Below, piece after piece: positions 1 through 10,098 of a DNA stretch of 64,000 nucleotides; position 1 is the stretch's first letter; the number at the start of each line of letters is the position of its first letter. The DNA lies in contig JBFHXP010000002.1 in NCBI GenBank assembly GCA_041598875.1, positions 13,716 to 77,715 of the forward strand. The letters run 5' to 3'. Origin of the DNA: Desulfobulbales bacterium (GTDB lineage: Bacteria > Desulfobacterota > Desulfobulbia > Desulfobulbales > BM004). The notes beneath the pieces were generated by a model, which saw only the letters and a list, made by a program, of their open reading frames with translations, searched no databases and was not told the DNA's origin. The translations under genes and the position numbers were made by a program.

Positions 1-526
1 CCAGGGCCCCGTCAAGCTTAAGTTGAATCAAGCGAATCGGTCCACCGAACAGGGCTGTTGTCGCAACAACCGGGTCCAGATCACAGATTTCTCCCCGGTC
101 TATGCCCATCTGCACCATCTCGCGCATCATCTCAAAAGGACGGGAAGAACAGACCGGCTTTTCACAGGGAAGAAATTCTCGATGTTTGGCGCAGAGGAGA
201 AAACGCACTGCATCAGGTTCTGAATCAGCCATTTGAAAGAGCGCGGCAACAACCGCGCGGATGCGGTCATGCGCTGTGCCGTACTCTGCCAGCACATCCT
301 GAATCAGCGCCTCCATCCTCTGCACAAGATCAGTATAGAGTGATCCAGCCAACTCTTCCTTTGAGTTGAAATGGTGGTAAATCGACCCGATACTGACATT
401 GGCCTCTTTCCGGATATCCTGCATTGAGGTATTGAAATACCCCTTGGCAGTAAACAAGCGGAGAGCTGTTTCCAGGGTCAGGGACCGGGTGTCAGAAAAC
501 GTATCTTTTACCTGTGCGTTACCCAC
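1..526 (-). CDS. TetR/AcrR-family transcriptional regulator (C-terminus cut by window edge)
   Basis: Absent from the ORF track because it runs off the window. Manual reverse translation from GTG at 524-526 (GGAGGA RBS at 531-536) gives VGNAQVKDTFSDTRSLTLETALRLFTAKGYFNTSMQDIRKEANVSIGSIYHHF, a typical TetR N-terminal HTH. Confidence 0.8.
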   Translation of the reverse strand, partial: MGNAQVKDTFSDTRSLTLETALRLFTAKGYFNTSMQDIRKEANVSIGSIYHHFNSKEELAGSLYTDLVQRMEALIQDVLAEYGTAHDRIRAVVAALFQMADSEPDAVRFLLCAKHREFLPCEKPVCSSRPFEMMREMVQMGIDRGEICDLDPVVATTALFGGPIRLIQLKLDGAL

Positions 527-720
527 GATTTCCTCCAATCAATTTCATGCATATAGTAATAGAACGAACATTCGTTCTTGTCAAGTCATTACTATATTAT
601 TTCCCCTGTCCGAGGATTAAATTTGGGACGCGGCCTACTATCGAGCCCCCTGAACAGAACTCGCAGGCCAGGCACAAAGATGATATTGAAAAACTTTCTC
701 GAAAGGACCCTGGACCAGCA

Positions 721-1617
721 TCAGCAAAGGCTCCGCCTTTGAACCAGAACGGTGTCTCCGACCTGGAAACACCTCTTGTCGCTCGTGACACATTGATCAA
801 GATGAGCTGCCACAACAGCGCATTTGACAGTGAGCAGAAAATAGATCGGCCCGGCCACATGCGACAGGGTCTCGAAATTTCCCTGCCCTTTGCTGATGAT
901 CAGGTCGGCTGCGGAAAAATATTTTTGAAACTCAGGACTGCACGAGCCAACGGGGGTGCCGGGGCAGGAGGTTCCATTGCTGACCAACTGGCAATACCGG
1001 TCAAGGCCGCACGCCCTGGCATCGGCAATCTGGGCATCGTTGATTATCGGCCCGCCCCGCAACCCGAGAATCACCCGCTTGCCCATTTCCGCCAGAAGTT
1101 CAATAACCAGTCCATCAAAAACCAGTTCGCCGCAGTTATCCGCAAGATAAAGAATAAACCCGTTCCGGGGAACATTCTCAATGGCTGCGGCAAGACAGGC
1201 GTACTGATCATGGACGATTCCCCTCTCCAGAATCGCGCTGACAAAAGCCTTGAGCTCGAAATCATGGATCGATCCATAGTCAATGACATTGCCGGCAATC
1301 GCCAGCGAGAGCGCCAGCCTGAGAGGATCCTCAGCCCCGCTGATCACCCCGGCAAGATCCCTCCGCATCAACTGGGCCGCACCACTGCTCTCTTTTTTTA
1401 TGGCAAGGAAGGGGTCACTGCATCCGGAGACCTGAGCGATCCCGGCGTACAACAAAACCGCATTTTCCGGGGGTGAAACCTCCATGTTCAGGTCGGCAAG
1501 AAGGGGCAGCACCTGGTTGACAACCGCCGTCTCATCACCCCGCTCACCCGCGGCAAGGCGGGCGGCATAGCGCACCTGCCTCTCCAGGCAGGGAATACAT
1601 GCAGGAGAGGTTTTCAT
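721..1617 (-). CDS. DUF89 / ARMT1-like damage-control phosphatase family protein
   Basis: 298-aa ORF. Motifs LADNCGELVFD and IISKGQGNFETL are typical of DUF89. Its start overlaps the stop of the upstream gene by 4 nt. Confidence 0.7.
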   Translation of the reverse strand: MKTSPACIPCLERQVRYAARLAAGERGDETAVVNQVLPLLADLNMEVSPPENAVLLYAGIAQVSGCSDPFLAIKKESSGAAQLMRRDLAGVISGAEDPLRLALSLAIAGNVIDYGSIHDFELKAFVSAILERGIVHDQYACLAAAIENVPRNGFILYLADNCGELVFDGLVIELLAEMGKRVILGLRGGPIINDAQIADARACGLDRYCQLVSNGTSCPGTPVGSCSPEFQKYFSAADLIISKGQGNFETLSHVAGPIYFLLTVKCAVVAAHLDQCVTSDKRCFQVGDTVLVQRRSLC

Positions 1618-2360
1618 CTGGATTGGAGATGTCCGGTGCCGGCAGGAAGATAGTCGTGCCGGACATTCCGAAGGGCATTAAACATGTTAGACTTGACCCG
1701 GGAGTCAAGGGATGCGGCATGGGCAAGAATCCGGCGGGCATCCTGCCGCCGTGAGTCGGAATCATGGGCACAGGGGTTCTTGACCGGAAAAACACCAAGG
1801 GTAGACGCCAAGTCAACGATGTCATCTTTCTCAATAAACGCCAAGGGCCTGATGATCGCCAGCCGCCCGGAAAAGAGGTCCTGTCGCGGCATCATGGTGC
1901 TTATGTTGCCGCCGAACATCACATTTATCAAAAAAGTCTCAAGCAGGTCATCCCGGTGGTGACCAAAGGCAATCTTGTTCATGCCAAGCTCCTTGGCCAG
2001 GGAAAACAAACGGGTACGTCGTTGCCTGGAGCAATGATAACAGACGCTCCGTCCATCCTCGGCCGCCTCGGCGCGGGGCCCGAAATCGGTCTGCTCTATT
2101 CGGCAGGGAACACCCAGCCTTTCAAGCTGGGCCGCGACCCTGTCGCCTGTGGGCTCGGCAAACCCATTATCTATATGGACAGCAAGAATCTCGTAGTCAA
2201 TCGGGGCCTTCTTGCGCCAATAAGGAAGAAGCCAGGCAAGAACCAGGCTGTCAACCCCGCCGGAGACGGCAACCATCACCCGGTCCCCGTGGGACAGCAT
2301 GGAAAATTCATGTAGAGCGCGGCCGATCTTTTGATTGACCGGACTGGATAGATGGATCAT
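1614..2360 (-). CDS. ttcA: PP-loop ATPase, TtcA-like tRNA 2-thiolation protein
   Basis: 248 aa. Has the SGGVDS PP-loop, a CYHCSRQRR Cys pair and IAFGHHRDD. The start overlaps the upstream lipoprotein gene by 4 nt. Confidence 0.7.
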   Translation of the reverse strand: MIHLSSPVNQKIGRALHEFSMLSHGDRVMVAVSGGVDSLVLAWLLPYWRKKAPIDYEILAVHIDNGFAEPTGDRVAAQLERLGVPCRIEQTDFGPRAEAAEDGRSVCYHCSRQRRTRLFSLAKELGMNKIAFGHHRDDLLETFLINVMFGGNISTMMPRQDLFSGRLAIIRPLAFIEKDDIVDLASTLGVFPVKNPCAHDSDSRRQDARRILAHAASLDSRVKSNMFNALRNVRHDYLPAGTGHLQSR

Positions 2361-2980
2361 TGGCCCCTGGCAATGTTCCCCTGAAAATAGGGGGTACCGC
2401 CGAGCTTGCTCGCAACCCCCTCGCGGGCCAATTCAGCTGCTGTGACGAATTTGAACCCCCGCCCTGCCGCACGCCCCAGGAGAAATATATTCTCCATCAC
2501 GGTTTTCTGTGTTTCATCATGGGCGCCGAACCACAAGGTTTGGCCGCTGGCAACATCAACCAGCCGGAAATCAAAGGCCACCGAGGCAGTTCTTTCAGCG
2601 GAATAGCGGGACCCGACCCGTTCGACAAACCGGTTGACGGTAGTCATCAGCACCGCATCGGTTCCCAGTTCACGGCCAACGGCCCGGGCCTGGACCAGAA
2701 CATTTCCGGAGGAAAGACGGAGGCCGTCCTGGAGGTCATGATCCACAAGCTTTATCTCCGGCCGGTCCTGGAAATATTCAGCGAGCAGGGAAGAGAGAAC
2801 CTCTGCTCCGGCGGTTAATTCAGGATTCGGCCCACTGCCCTCGGGTGGCAATACCGCTATGGTCTTGATCCGGGAATAGTCCTCACCCTCTCCCTGAACG
2901 GTATTCCTGGAGGCGCAGGCGGAGACAAAAAAAAGCAGGGCAATGGCAATAAACAGACTATTCAGACGATTTTGTTTCAC
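2357..2980 (-). CDS. Putative lipoprotein, family unknown
   Basis: 207 aa. N-terminal signal with a lipobox (LLFFVSAC). Family not recognised from sequence alone. Confidence 0.6.
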   Translation of the reverse strand: MKQNRLNSLFIAIALLFFVSACASRNTVQGEGEDYSRIKTIAVLPPEGSGPNPELTAGAEVLSSLLAEYFQDRPEIKLVDHDLQDGLRLSSGNVLVQARAVGRELGTDAVLMTTVNRFVERVGSRYSAERTASVAFDFRLVDVASGQTLWFGAHDETQKTVMENIFLLGRAAGRGFKFVTAAELAREGVASKLGGTPYFQGNIARGQ

Positions 2981-3102
2981 TTTGACGACCTCCTGTCGGC
3001 TTGATCAAACCAACGTTTCGTTGGGCTCGCTTCTCTACCTCTGTATCTACCCGCACCGTATCAATATATTATCCATCCCGGCTGAAGCCAGGCCCGCCGG
3101 GA

Positions 3103-3702
3103 CTATAGCGTTCCCTTGGACGAAAGCACCCCTGAACCGCGATGGTCAAACTCCACCGCCTGACCCAACGCCCTCCCGAGGGCCTTGAAGACCGACTCGA
3201 TTATATGATGGGCATTTTCCCCATGGAGAAGTTCGACGTGAAGGGCAAGCCCACCGTGAAGCGCCAGGGCACGCAGGAACTCCTTGACCAGGGCAGTGTC
3301 AAAATTCCCGACCTTCTGATCGGGGATGGCGACATCATAATACAAAAAAGGACGGTTGGCGATATCGACCACGACCCTGGCCAGGGCCTCATCCATGGGA
3401 ACGAGACTGGAACCGTACCTTTTAATGCCGGAGAAATCCCCCAGGCTGCCTTTCAGGGCCTGGCCCAGGCAGATTCCCAGATCTTCCACGCTGTGGTGAT
3501 CATCCACATCGGTGTCACCGGTGCATGAAACGGTCAAATCGAAAAACCCGTGCACCGCCAGCAGGGTAAGCATGTGATCCATAAATGGAACACCGGTGGC
3601 AATGCGGTGGACTCCCTGACCAGCCAAATCCAGGGTCAGGGAAATGTCAGTTTCTTTTGTTTTGCGGCGCACCTCTCCGATGCGCGCCGACACTTTTTCC
3701 AT
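3103..3702 (-). CDS. hisB: Imidazoleglycerol-phosphate dehydratase
   Basis: 199 aa. Contains RKTKETDISL, FMDHML, DDHHSVEDLGI and GENAHHIIES, the IGPD signature motifs. Confidence 0.95.
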   Translation of the reverse strand: MEKVSARIGEVRRKTKETDISLTLDLAGQGVHRIATGVPFMDHMLTLLAVHGFFDLTVSCTGDTDVDDHHSVEDLGICLGQALKGSLGDFSGIKRYGSSLVPMDEALARVVVDIANRPFLYYDVAIPDQKVGNFDTALVKEFLRALALHGGLALHVELLHGENAHHIIESVFKALGRALGQAVEFDHRGSGVLSSKGTL

Positions 3703-3988
3703 AGGATCACTCTCCTCGAATTCGTATATGAACAGCGTGTGTCCGCCGGGATCACCTTATTATTCCAGCAAGATCAACCACCAAGACGCACCAAACATTG
3801 TATACTTCCCGCTGTTCAACCACCGGGATTATTCCCTGGTGGGGTTACCGGATGAATCCGGTTATGTTTCCGCACATGATTTGTATCTATACAAGCTGTC
3901 ATATTCAGAGGCAATACCCTTTTGAGGATCTTCTGAAAAAAATCGGCGCACTCCAGGCGCATGAGGTATCGATCGGCAATGTTTTTTG

Positions 3989-4017
3989 TTGACAACCGCC
4001 ACACCCCCCGGTATAGT
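3989..4017 (+). promoter_or_regulatory. Sigma-70-type promoter for tRNA-Gly
   Basis: TTGACA (3989-3994), 17-nt spacer, TATAGT (4012-4017), about 30 nt upstream of the tRNA. Confidence 0.6.
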
Positions 4018-4046
4018 CGCCTCGATTTGGAGCTCAGTATAAATGG

Positions 4047-4121
<75 letters not shown>

Positions 4122-4134
4122 TCTTTAGCGCCCC

Positions 4135-4164
4135 AAAAGGTTCGACTTGGTCGAACCTTTTTTT
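4135..4164 (+). terminator. Rho-independent terminator after tRNA-Gly
   Basis: 12-bp stem aaaaggttcgac/gtcgaacctttt, 3-nt loop, running into a T-tract. Confidence 0.75.
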
Positions 4165-4165
4165 G

Positions 4166-4194
4166 TTGACTCTGCGGCTATTTCAATTTATAAA
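4166..4194 (+). promoter_or_regulatory. Sigma-70-type promoter for rplM-rpsI
   Basis: TTGACT (4166-4171), 17-nt spacer, TATAAA (4189-4194). Confidence 0.5.
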
Positions 4195-4271
4195 GACTCT
4201 TTTGCGATCAAAATGCCCCAAGCAGGGCTCTCTGTTACCTGTTTTTGACTGAATTATTGAGGATATTGACC

Positions 4272-4700
4272 ATGAAGACCCACCTGACTCCGGTCGCTGA
4301 CATTGAAAAAAACTGGTTTATTGTTGATGCTGAAGGCAAGATCCTCGGCCGTCTTGCTTCTGAAATCGCCACCCGGTTGCGGGGCAAGCACAAAGCCAAC
4401 TATTCACCGTTCATGGATGTAGGTGACTTTATTGTTGTGGTCAATGCCGACAAGGTAAAGCTGACAGGGAAAAAACTCACCGACAAGAAATACTATCACC
4501 ATACAGGGTACATGGGCGGCCTGAAAACCCAGAGCGCTCAGGAAGTGCTGGACAGCAAACCGGAAGAACTGATCCGGACGGCTGTAAAGGGCATGCTCCC
4601 CAAGAACACCCTGGGCCGCGCCCAACTGAAAAAACTCAAAGTTTATGCTGGCAGCGCCCATCCCCACGAAGCGCAGCAACCCGTCCAGCTTGACATTTAA
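4272..4700 (+). CDS. rplM: 50S ribosomal protein L13
   Basis: ORF 4245-4700. The conserved L13 N-terminus begins at [30 protein letters not shown] (ATG 4272). Confidence 0.95.
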   Translation: MKTHLTPVADIEKNWFIVDAEGKILGRLASEIATRLRGKHKANYSPFMDVGDFIVVVNADKVKLTGKKLTDKKYYHHTGYMGGLKTQSAQEVLDSKPEELIRTAVKGMLPKNTLGRAQLKKLKVYAGSAHPHEAQQPVQLDI

Positions 4701-4745
4701 TTATTATCGATGCCCACAGGCAAAAGTATATTGGGAGACACGAGA

Positions 4746-5138
4746 ATGGCTGATCAGAGGCACTACGCGACAGGCAAAAGAAAAACAGCAGTTGCCCGAG
4801 TCTGGGTAAAACCAGGAAAAGGGGAAATTGTTGTCAACAAAAAGTCTGTTGAGGACTACTTCGGTGCAATCTTTGTACGCAACAAGGTGGAAAGCCCGTT
4901 TGTCACCACCGAGACGTCTTCCCAGTTTGACGTAATAGCTACCCTCAGCGGCGGTGGGAAATGCGCCCAGGCCGAGGCCCTGCGCCATGGCATATCCAAG
5001 GCCCTCCTGGAGGTAAACCCCGAATATCGTCTGACCCTGAAAAGAGCAGGTCTGCTGACCCGGGATCCCCGCGCCAAGGAACGGAAAAAATATGGCCAGC
5101 GCAGCGCCAGGGCAAAATTTCAGTTTTCCAAGCGTTAA
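4746..5138 (+). CDS. rpsI: 30S ribosomal protein S9
   Basis: ORF 4710-5138. S9 begins at MADQRHYATGKRKTAVARV (ATG 4746) and ends with the typical ...ARAKFQFSKR. Confidence 0.95.
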   Translation: MADQRHYATGKRKTAVARVWVKPGKGEIVVNKKSVEDYFGAIFVRNKVESPFVTTETSSQFDVIATLSGGGKCAQAEALRHGISKALLEVNPEYRLTLKRAGLLTRDPRAKERKKYGQRSARAKFQFSKR

Positions 5139-5184
5139 CGGGGAAATACGCCATATCCTTTGCTTTGCATGTCCACGAAGCGTT

Positions 5185-5229
5185 CAGGGGAAGACACGGT
5201 ACTCATGTGTCTTCCCCTGTTTTATTTTT
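5185..5229 (+). terminator. Rho-independent terminator after rpsI
   Basis: 13-bp stem caggggaagacac/gtgtcttcccctg, 9-nt loop, then TTTTATTTTT. Confidence 0.8.
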
Positions 5230-5298
5230 AACTGGAGCAACCAGAAAGTAAAGCGGTTTCATGAGAGCCTTTGCCCCAACACCTAAGGAGCGGATACC

Positions 5299-6336
5299 AT
5301 GATAAAAGTCGGAATAATAGGAGCATCCGGCTACACCGGAGTTGAGCTTGCACGCATTCTTGCCAACCATCCAGGGGTGGAAATTACCGTTGTCACATCG
5401 CGCCGCCATCAGGGCCTGCCCCTGAGCGCCCTCTATCCCAGCCTCAAGGGAATCGTCGATCTGGCCTGTGTTGACGCTGAAGCGGGTGCCGTGGCCGGGG
5501 CAGCGGATCTTTTTTTTACAGCAGTACCCCACCAGACGGCCATGGCCATTGTCCCAACCCTGCTTGACGCCGGACGCAAGGTGATTGACCTGAGCGCCGA
5601 TTTTCGAATTCACGACAGTTCGGTCTACGAACAGTGGTATCAGCCCCACACCGCTCCTGAACTTCTCGGCGAAGCGGTTTACGGTCTTCCGGAGCTGCAC
5701 CGCGCGGAAATCAGAAAGGCCCGGCTGATTGCCAACCCGGGATGCTACCCGACCAGCATTATTCTCGGCCTGGCACCTCTGCTCAAGGCAGGAGCGATTG
5801 ATCCCGACACCGTAATCGCCGACTCCAAATCAGGTACTTCCGGCGCCGGCCGGACCGTGCAGCAGTCCACCCTTTTCTGTGAAGTTGCTGACGGATTCAA
5901 GGCATACAAGGTCGCGTCGCACCGGCACACGCCTGAAATTGAGCAGGAACTTGGAAAACTGTGCGGCCGCCCGGTAGCCATCTCGTTTACCCCGCACCTT
6001 GTCCCCATGTCCCGCGGTATCTTCAGCACCATATACGCCTCGCTGAAGAGTTCCCTTTCCAGCGAAGAGGCCACCGCCCTTTTTCTGGAATACTATAAGG
6101 ATGAGCCGTTCGTCAGGATCTGCGATCCCGGTACATTACCCGCCACCCCGCATGTCCGGGGCGGCAATTTCTGTGATCTTGCCTGCAGAGTTGACCACAG
6201 AACGGGAAGAATCATTGTCCTCGCCGCCATTGACAATCTGGTCAAGGGTGCAGCCGGCCAGGCAGTCCAGAACATGAATCTTCTTCTCGGATTACCGGAA
6301 AACCAGGGACTGGGCATTGTCCCGCTTTTTCCGTGA
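5299..6336 (+). CDS. argC: N-acetyl-gamma-glutamyl-phosphate reductase
   Basis: 345 aa. Contains IGASGYTGVELARIL and NPGCYPTS (active-site Cys). Confidence 0.93.
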   Translation: MIKVGIIGASGYTGVELARILANHPGVEITVVTSRRHQGLPLSALYPSLKGIVDLACVDAEAGAVAGAADLFFTAVPHQTAMAIVPTLLDAGRKVIDLSADFRIHDSSVYEQWYQPHTAPELLGEAVYGLPELHRAEIRKARLIANPGCYPTSIILGLAPLLKAGAIDPDTVIADSKSGTSGAGRTVQQSTLFCEVADGFKAYKVASHRHTPEIEQELGKLCGRPVAISFTPHLVPMSRGIFSTIYASLKSSLSSEEATALFLEYYKDEPFVRICDPGTLPATPHVRGGNFCDLACRVDHRTGRIIVLAAIDNLVKGAAGQAVQNMNLLLGLPENQGLGIVPLFP

Positions 6337-7097
6337 GCGGATACCGCAATATCCGGTGTGTCATTGCCTTTGACGGCACCCGCTTTGCCGGATGGCAGAA
6401 GCAGCGCACCGGGCTGACCATCCAGGGGCTTCTTGAGGATGCCGTGGCAACCATGACCGGCGAACAGACCGTGGTCCATGGAGCCGGTCGCACCGATGCC
6501 GGGGTTCACGCCCTGGCAATGACCGCCAACTTCCAGACAGCTTCAAATATCCCTTGCACCGGCTTTATGAAGGGTTTAAACAGCATATTACCCGATGACA
6601 TCCGGGTGCTGGAAACATGCGAGGCGCGGGCGGATTTCCATGCCCGCCGCAGCGCCCGGGCAAAGACATATATCTATACGATTAACACCAGCCCGGTGCA
6701 GATGCCGACCAGCCGGCTCTATGCGGCCCACTTTCCCCGAAAACTTGACGCGCTGGCCATGAAGAATGCGGCGGATCTCCTGGTCGGGGTCCACGATTTT
6801 TCAAGTTTCGAGGCAACCGGCTCCAGGGATCGCACGCAAAAAAAGGGCCGGGGCGCAGTTCGGGAAATCCTCGGTGTTGCCATCAACGTAAGCGAAGATG
6901 GCCACCTCCATTTTGAAATCACCGGCAATGGTTTTCTCCGGCACATGGTTCGCAACATTGTCGGAACCCTGCTTGAAGTGGGCGAACTAAAAAAAACAAA
7001 AAATGATTTTGCGCAGATACTCGCTGCGCAGAATCGTGCCAGGGCAGGTCCCACCGCCCCGGCCTGCGGCCTTTTTCTGAAAGAAGTGCTTTACTGA
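6333..7097 (+). CDS. truA: tRNA pseudouridine(38-40) synthase
   Basis: 254 aa. Has GAGRTDAGVHA (catalytic Asp) and FLRHMVRNIVG. GTG start overlaps the argC stop. Confidence 0.92.
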   Translation: MSGYRNIRCVIAFDGTRFAGWQKQRTGLTIQGLLEDAVATMTGEQTVVHGAGRTDAGVHALAMTANFQTASNIPCTGFMKGLNSILPDDIRVLETCEARADFHARRSARAKTYIYTINTSPVQMPTSRLYAAHFPRKLDALAMKNAADLLVGVHDFSSFEATGSRDRTQKKGRGAVREILGVAINVSEDGHLHFEITGNGFLRHMVRNIVGTLLEVGELKKTKNDFAQILAAQNRARAGPTAPACGLFLKEVLY

Positions 7098-7159
7098 CGG
7101 GCGCCCCGGCGCCCCCGGTAAAGCGAAACTAATAGAATACGATATTCAGGTGAAACCAG

Positions 7160-8368
7160 ATGACCTCTTTTTCTCTCAAAATGGCGCAAAGGGTTGCCCA
7201 GATCAAACCTTCACCCACCCTGGCGGTCAATGCCAAGGCCAAGGCCCTGAAGGCTGCTGGAGCTGATATTCTCAATTTCAGTGTTGGCGAGCCGGACTTT
7301 GACACTCCGCCCCATGTCTGTGAAGCCGGCAAGGCGTCCATTGACGCGGGATTTACCCGATACACCGCTGTCCCAGGCATCCCGGAGCTTCGTCAGGCAG
7401 TTGTCGACCGTCTTGCCGCCGATCGCGGCTGGAGCTACGAGCCCGACCAGGTCCAGGTGTGCTGCGGCGGCAAACATGGCCTCTACAACATGGCCCAGGC
7501 TCTGATCAACCCGGGCGATGAGGTTCTCATTCCCACCCCGTACTGGGTCTCTTACCCGCCCATTGTTCAGCTGGCAGGGGGAATTCCCGTACTGGTACCG
7601 CTGAGCGAGGAGAATAATTTTGACCTTGACCCGCGGGTGCTTGAGCAGCATGCGAGCCCAAAAACCAAGGCCATTATTCTCAACAGTCCCTCCAACCCCA
7701 TTGGATCGGTTTTTTCGGCTTCCGCGCTGGCGGCGGTGGGAAAAATGGCCCTGGAGCGGGGATGGATCATAATCAGCGATGATATCTACGACACCATTGT
7801 CTATTCCGACAATCCACTGCCCCACATTCTTGACGTAGACCCGCGCCTGAAAGATCAGACCCTCATCTTGAACGGGGTTTCGAAATCCTTTGCCATGACC
7901 GGGTGGCGCATCGGCTACACCATCGGCCCCCAGGTGATCATTTCCACCATGAACAGAATCCAGAGTCAGTCAACATCCAACGCGACATCAGTGGCCCAGA
8001 AGGCCGCCCTTGCCGCACTGACCGGCCCTCAGGACTTTCCGGTCATGATGCGGGACGCATTTCTTCCCCGCCGTGATTATTTTGTCCGCGAACTTTCCTC
8101 GATTCCCGGCGTGACCTGTGTCAACCCCCAGGGCGCATTTTATGTCTTCCCCAACATCTCCTCCTATTTTGGCAAAGAATTCAACGGCCGGTCGATCACC
8201 GGGTCACTTGACCTGGCCGACTATCTTCTTGATGAGGCCCTGATCGCCACGGTACCCGGCATCGCCTTTGGCGCCGACCCCTTTATCCGTTTCTCCTTTG
8301 CCACCTCCATGGAAACCATTGAGGAAGGGGTCAGGCGCCTGAAAACCGCCCTGGCCAACCTCAAGTAA
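7160..8368 (+). CDS. Class I PLP-dependent (aspartate-type) aminotransferase
   Basis: 402 aa. Contains SPSNPIGSV and the PLP-lysine motif GVSKSFAMTGWRIGY. Confidence 0.88.
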   Translation: MTSFSLKMAQRVAQIKPSPTLAVNAKAKALKAAGADILNFSVGEPDFDTPPHVCEAGKASIDAGFTRYTAVPGIPELRQAVVDRLAADRGWSYEPDQVQVCCGGKHGLYNMAQALINPGDEVLIPTPYWVSYPPIVQLAGGIPVLVPLSEENNFDLDPRVLEQHASPKTKAIILNSPSNPIGSVFSASALAAVGKMALERGWIIISDDIYDTIVYSDNPLPHILDVDPRLKDQTLILNGVSKSFAMTGWRIGYTIGPQVIISTMNRIQSQSTSNATSVAQKAALAALTGPQDFPVMMRDAFLPRRDYFVRELSSIPGVTCVNPQGAFYVFPNISSYFGKEFNGRSITGSLDLADYLLDEALIATVPGIAFGADPFIRFSFATSMETIEEGVRRLKTALANLK

Positions 8369-8416
8369 TCTTACCCGGGCACATTTTCACAGAAAATCCA
8401 TCACCACCACACATCC

Positions 8417-8462
8417 GGATCTTTCAGTGCGGCACACGCAAACACGCCGCACTGAAAGATCC
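8417..8462 (+). terminator. 17-bp perfect stem-loop after the aminotransferase gene (weak T-tract)
   Basis: ggatctttcagtgcggc (8417-8433) pairs with gccgcactgaaagatcc (8446-8462). Only CCTTTTC follows. Confidence 0.5.
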
Positions 8463-8679
8463 GCGCCTTTTCGCTCCCTCTCTTCTTTTCCTGACAGTGC
8501 CTTGCCAGATCCTGCTATCGAAAAAAGCAGATTTTACCGGCCTTTTTTTCACTGAACTGCCATTCATTTTTTTCATGAATACCCATTCAGTATTTGCTTG
8601 ACATCACTGGACGATTGCAGTAAGACTCACCGCGAATGCTATTTGTTCTCCTGCTACCTTTACCGTAAGGAGCCTGACT

Positions 8680-9096
8680 GTGGAACAACAACCGCTCTTG
8701 GACCACCTCTATGTCGCCGTCTTTTTCCTGGCCGGCCTGGGTTTTGCTATCGGCCCATTCATTATCTCCTTCTTCCTGGCACCCCGCTCCACCCGCAATG
8801 TCAGTAACAGAACCACCCAACTCATCGAGTGCGGTATCGAACCCATCGGAACGGCCTGGGTGCGTTTCGGCATAGTCTATTACCTTTATGCCCTGATGTT
8901 TCTCGCCTTTGATGTTGACGTTCTCTTTCTGTTTCCGGTAGCCGTCGCCTACACCCAGATCGACCCAAGCGTCATCTCGGACACACGCGCCTTTGTCGAG
9001 ATACTGATCTTTGTCGGAATCCTGTCTCTGGCAGTAATTTATGCATGGATTAAGGGAGTGTTTAAGTGGGAAAGGAAAACGTACAACCAGCAATAG
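8680..9096 (+). CDS. nuoA: NADH-quinone oxidoreductase subunit A
   Basis: 138 aa, GTG start. Contains ECGIEPIG...[19 protein letters not shown]. Confidence 0.9.
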   Translation: MEQQPLLDHLYVAVFFLAGLGFAIGPFIISFFLAPRSTRNVSNRTTQLIECGIEPIGTAWVRFGIVYYLYALMFLAFDVDVLFLFPVAVAYTQIDPSVISDTRAFVEILIFVGILSLAVIYAWIKGVFKWERKTYNQQ

Positions 9097-9563
9097 TCTC
9101 ATTCGCCCTGCTCGATAAACTGCTTGCCCTGGGCAGGGCAAATTCCCTGTGGCCAATGACCTTTGGCCTGGCCTGCTGCGCCATCGAAATGATGGCAGCC
9201 GGCGCCTCACGGTTCGACCTTGCCCGCTTCGGGGCCGAGGTATTTCGCCCATCTCCCCGTCAATGCGACGTGATGATCGTGGCAGGGACCATTTCGCACA
9301 AAATGGCGCCAGCGGTCAAAACCCTCTACGACCAGATGCCGGAACCCAAGTGGGTTATTGCCATGGGCAACTGCGCCATCTCCGGCGGGCCGTTCAAATT
9401 CGAAGGACAGTATGGCATCGTTGAAGGCGCGGACCAGTTTCTCCCGGTTGATGTCTATATACCTGGATGTCCGCCGCGACCAGAGGCCCTGATAGAAGGA
9501 ATCCTGGAACTGGAAGAAAAGATTACCGGGCACCGAAGGTGGCCGAGGGTGGAGGCCGTCTGA
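9066..9563 (+). CDS. nuoB: NADH-quinone oxidoreductase subunit B
   Basis: 165 aa, GTG start. Contains [16 protein letters not shown] and [14 protein letters not shown] (N2 cluster ligands). Confidence 0.92.
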   Translation: MGKENVQPAIVSFALLDKLLALGRANSLWPMTFGLACCAIEMMAAGASRFDLARFGAEVFRPSPRQCDVMIVAGTISHKMAPAVKTLYDQMPEPKWVIAMGNCAISGGPFKFEGQYGIVEGADQFLPVDVYIPGCPPRPEALIEGILELEEKITGHRRWPRVEAV

Positions 9564-9564
9564 G

Positions 9565-10098
9565 ATGATCCTGGAACGAACCAAATCCGCCCTGGCCGCC
9601 ATTGAGACCAACTCCATCACAACCACGGATTTTGCTGCCCGGGGATTTCATCTCGAAATCCAGGTTACTCCGGAGCACCTTGCAGGTGCTGTTGACGTTC
9701 TTGACCGTGAAGGCTTTTTTATAGAGGCGATCACCGGCGTCGACCTCCTCACCTTTGCCCCGCCTCCAAAGCCTGCGCCCAAAAAACCGGCAGCCGAAGG
9801 CGAAGAGAGCCCGCCCGTCGCCCCACCACCCCCGCCCGAGCCTGTGGCGCCGCAGATGGAAGCTGTCTATGACTTCAATCATTTTGACGAGTTGTGCCGG
9901 GTAACGATCCGCGTCCGCGTCCCCCGGGACACACCGGAAATTCCCACCATAAGCTCCATCTTTCCCGGCGCGGACTGGCATGAGCGCGAGACCCATGACT
10001 TCTTTGGGATACAGTTCATCGGCCATCCCTATCTCGAACCGCTGCTGCTTCCTGAAGACGCTGATTTCCATCCTCTACTGAAGGATTTCAAAGCATGA
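9565..10098 (+). CDS. nuoC: NADH-quinone oxidoreductase subunit C, with a Pro/Ala-rich insertion
   Basis: 177 aa. Has the C-terminal NuoC motif ADWHERETHDFFGIQFIGHP. About 30 aa of PPPKPAPKKPAAEGEESPPVAPPPPPEP are inserted. Confidence 0.88.
   Translation: MILERTKSALAAIETNSITTTDFAARGFHLEIQVTPEHLAGAVDVLDREGFFIEAITGVDLLTFAPPPKPAPKKPAAEGEESPPVAPPPPPEPVAPQMEAVYDFNHFDELCRVTIRVRVPRDTPEIPTISSIFPGADWHERETHDFFGIQFIGHPYLEPLLLPEDADFHPLLKDFKA

Noticed and set aside
8587-9252. 221-aa minus-strand ORF over the nuoA/nuoB start region.
   Set aside because: It is antisense to two well-supported nuo genes and to the nuoA promoter region, has low-complexity Arg/Gly-rich translation and no RBS.
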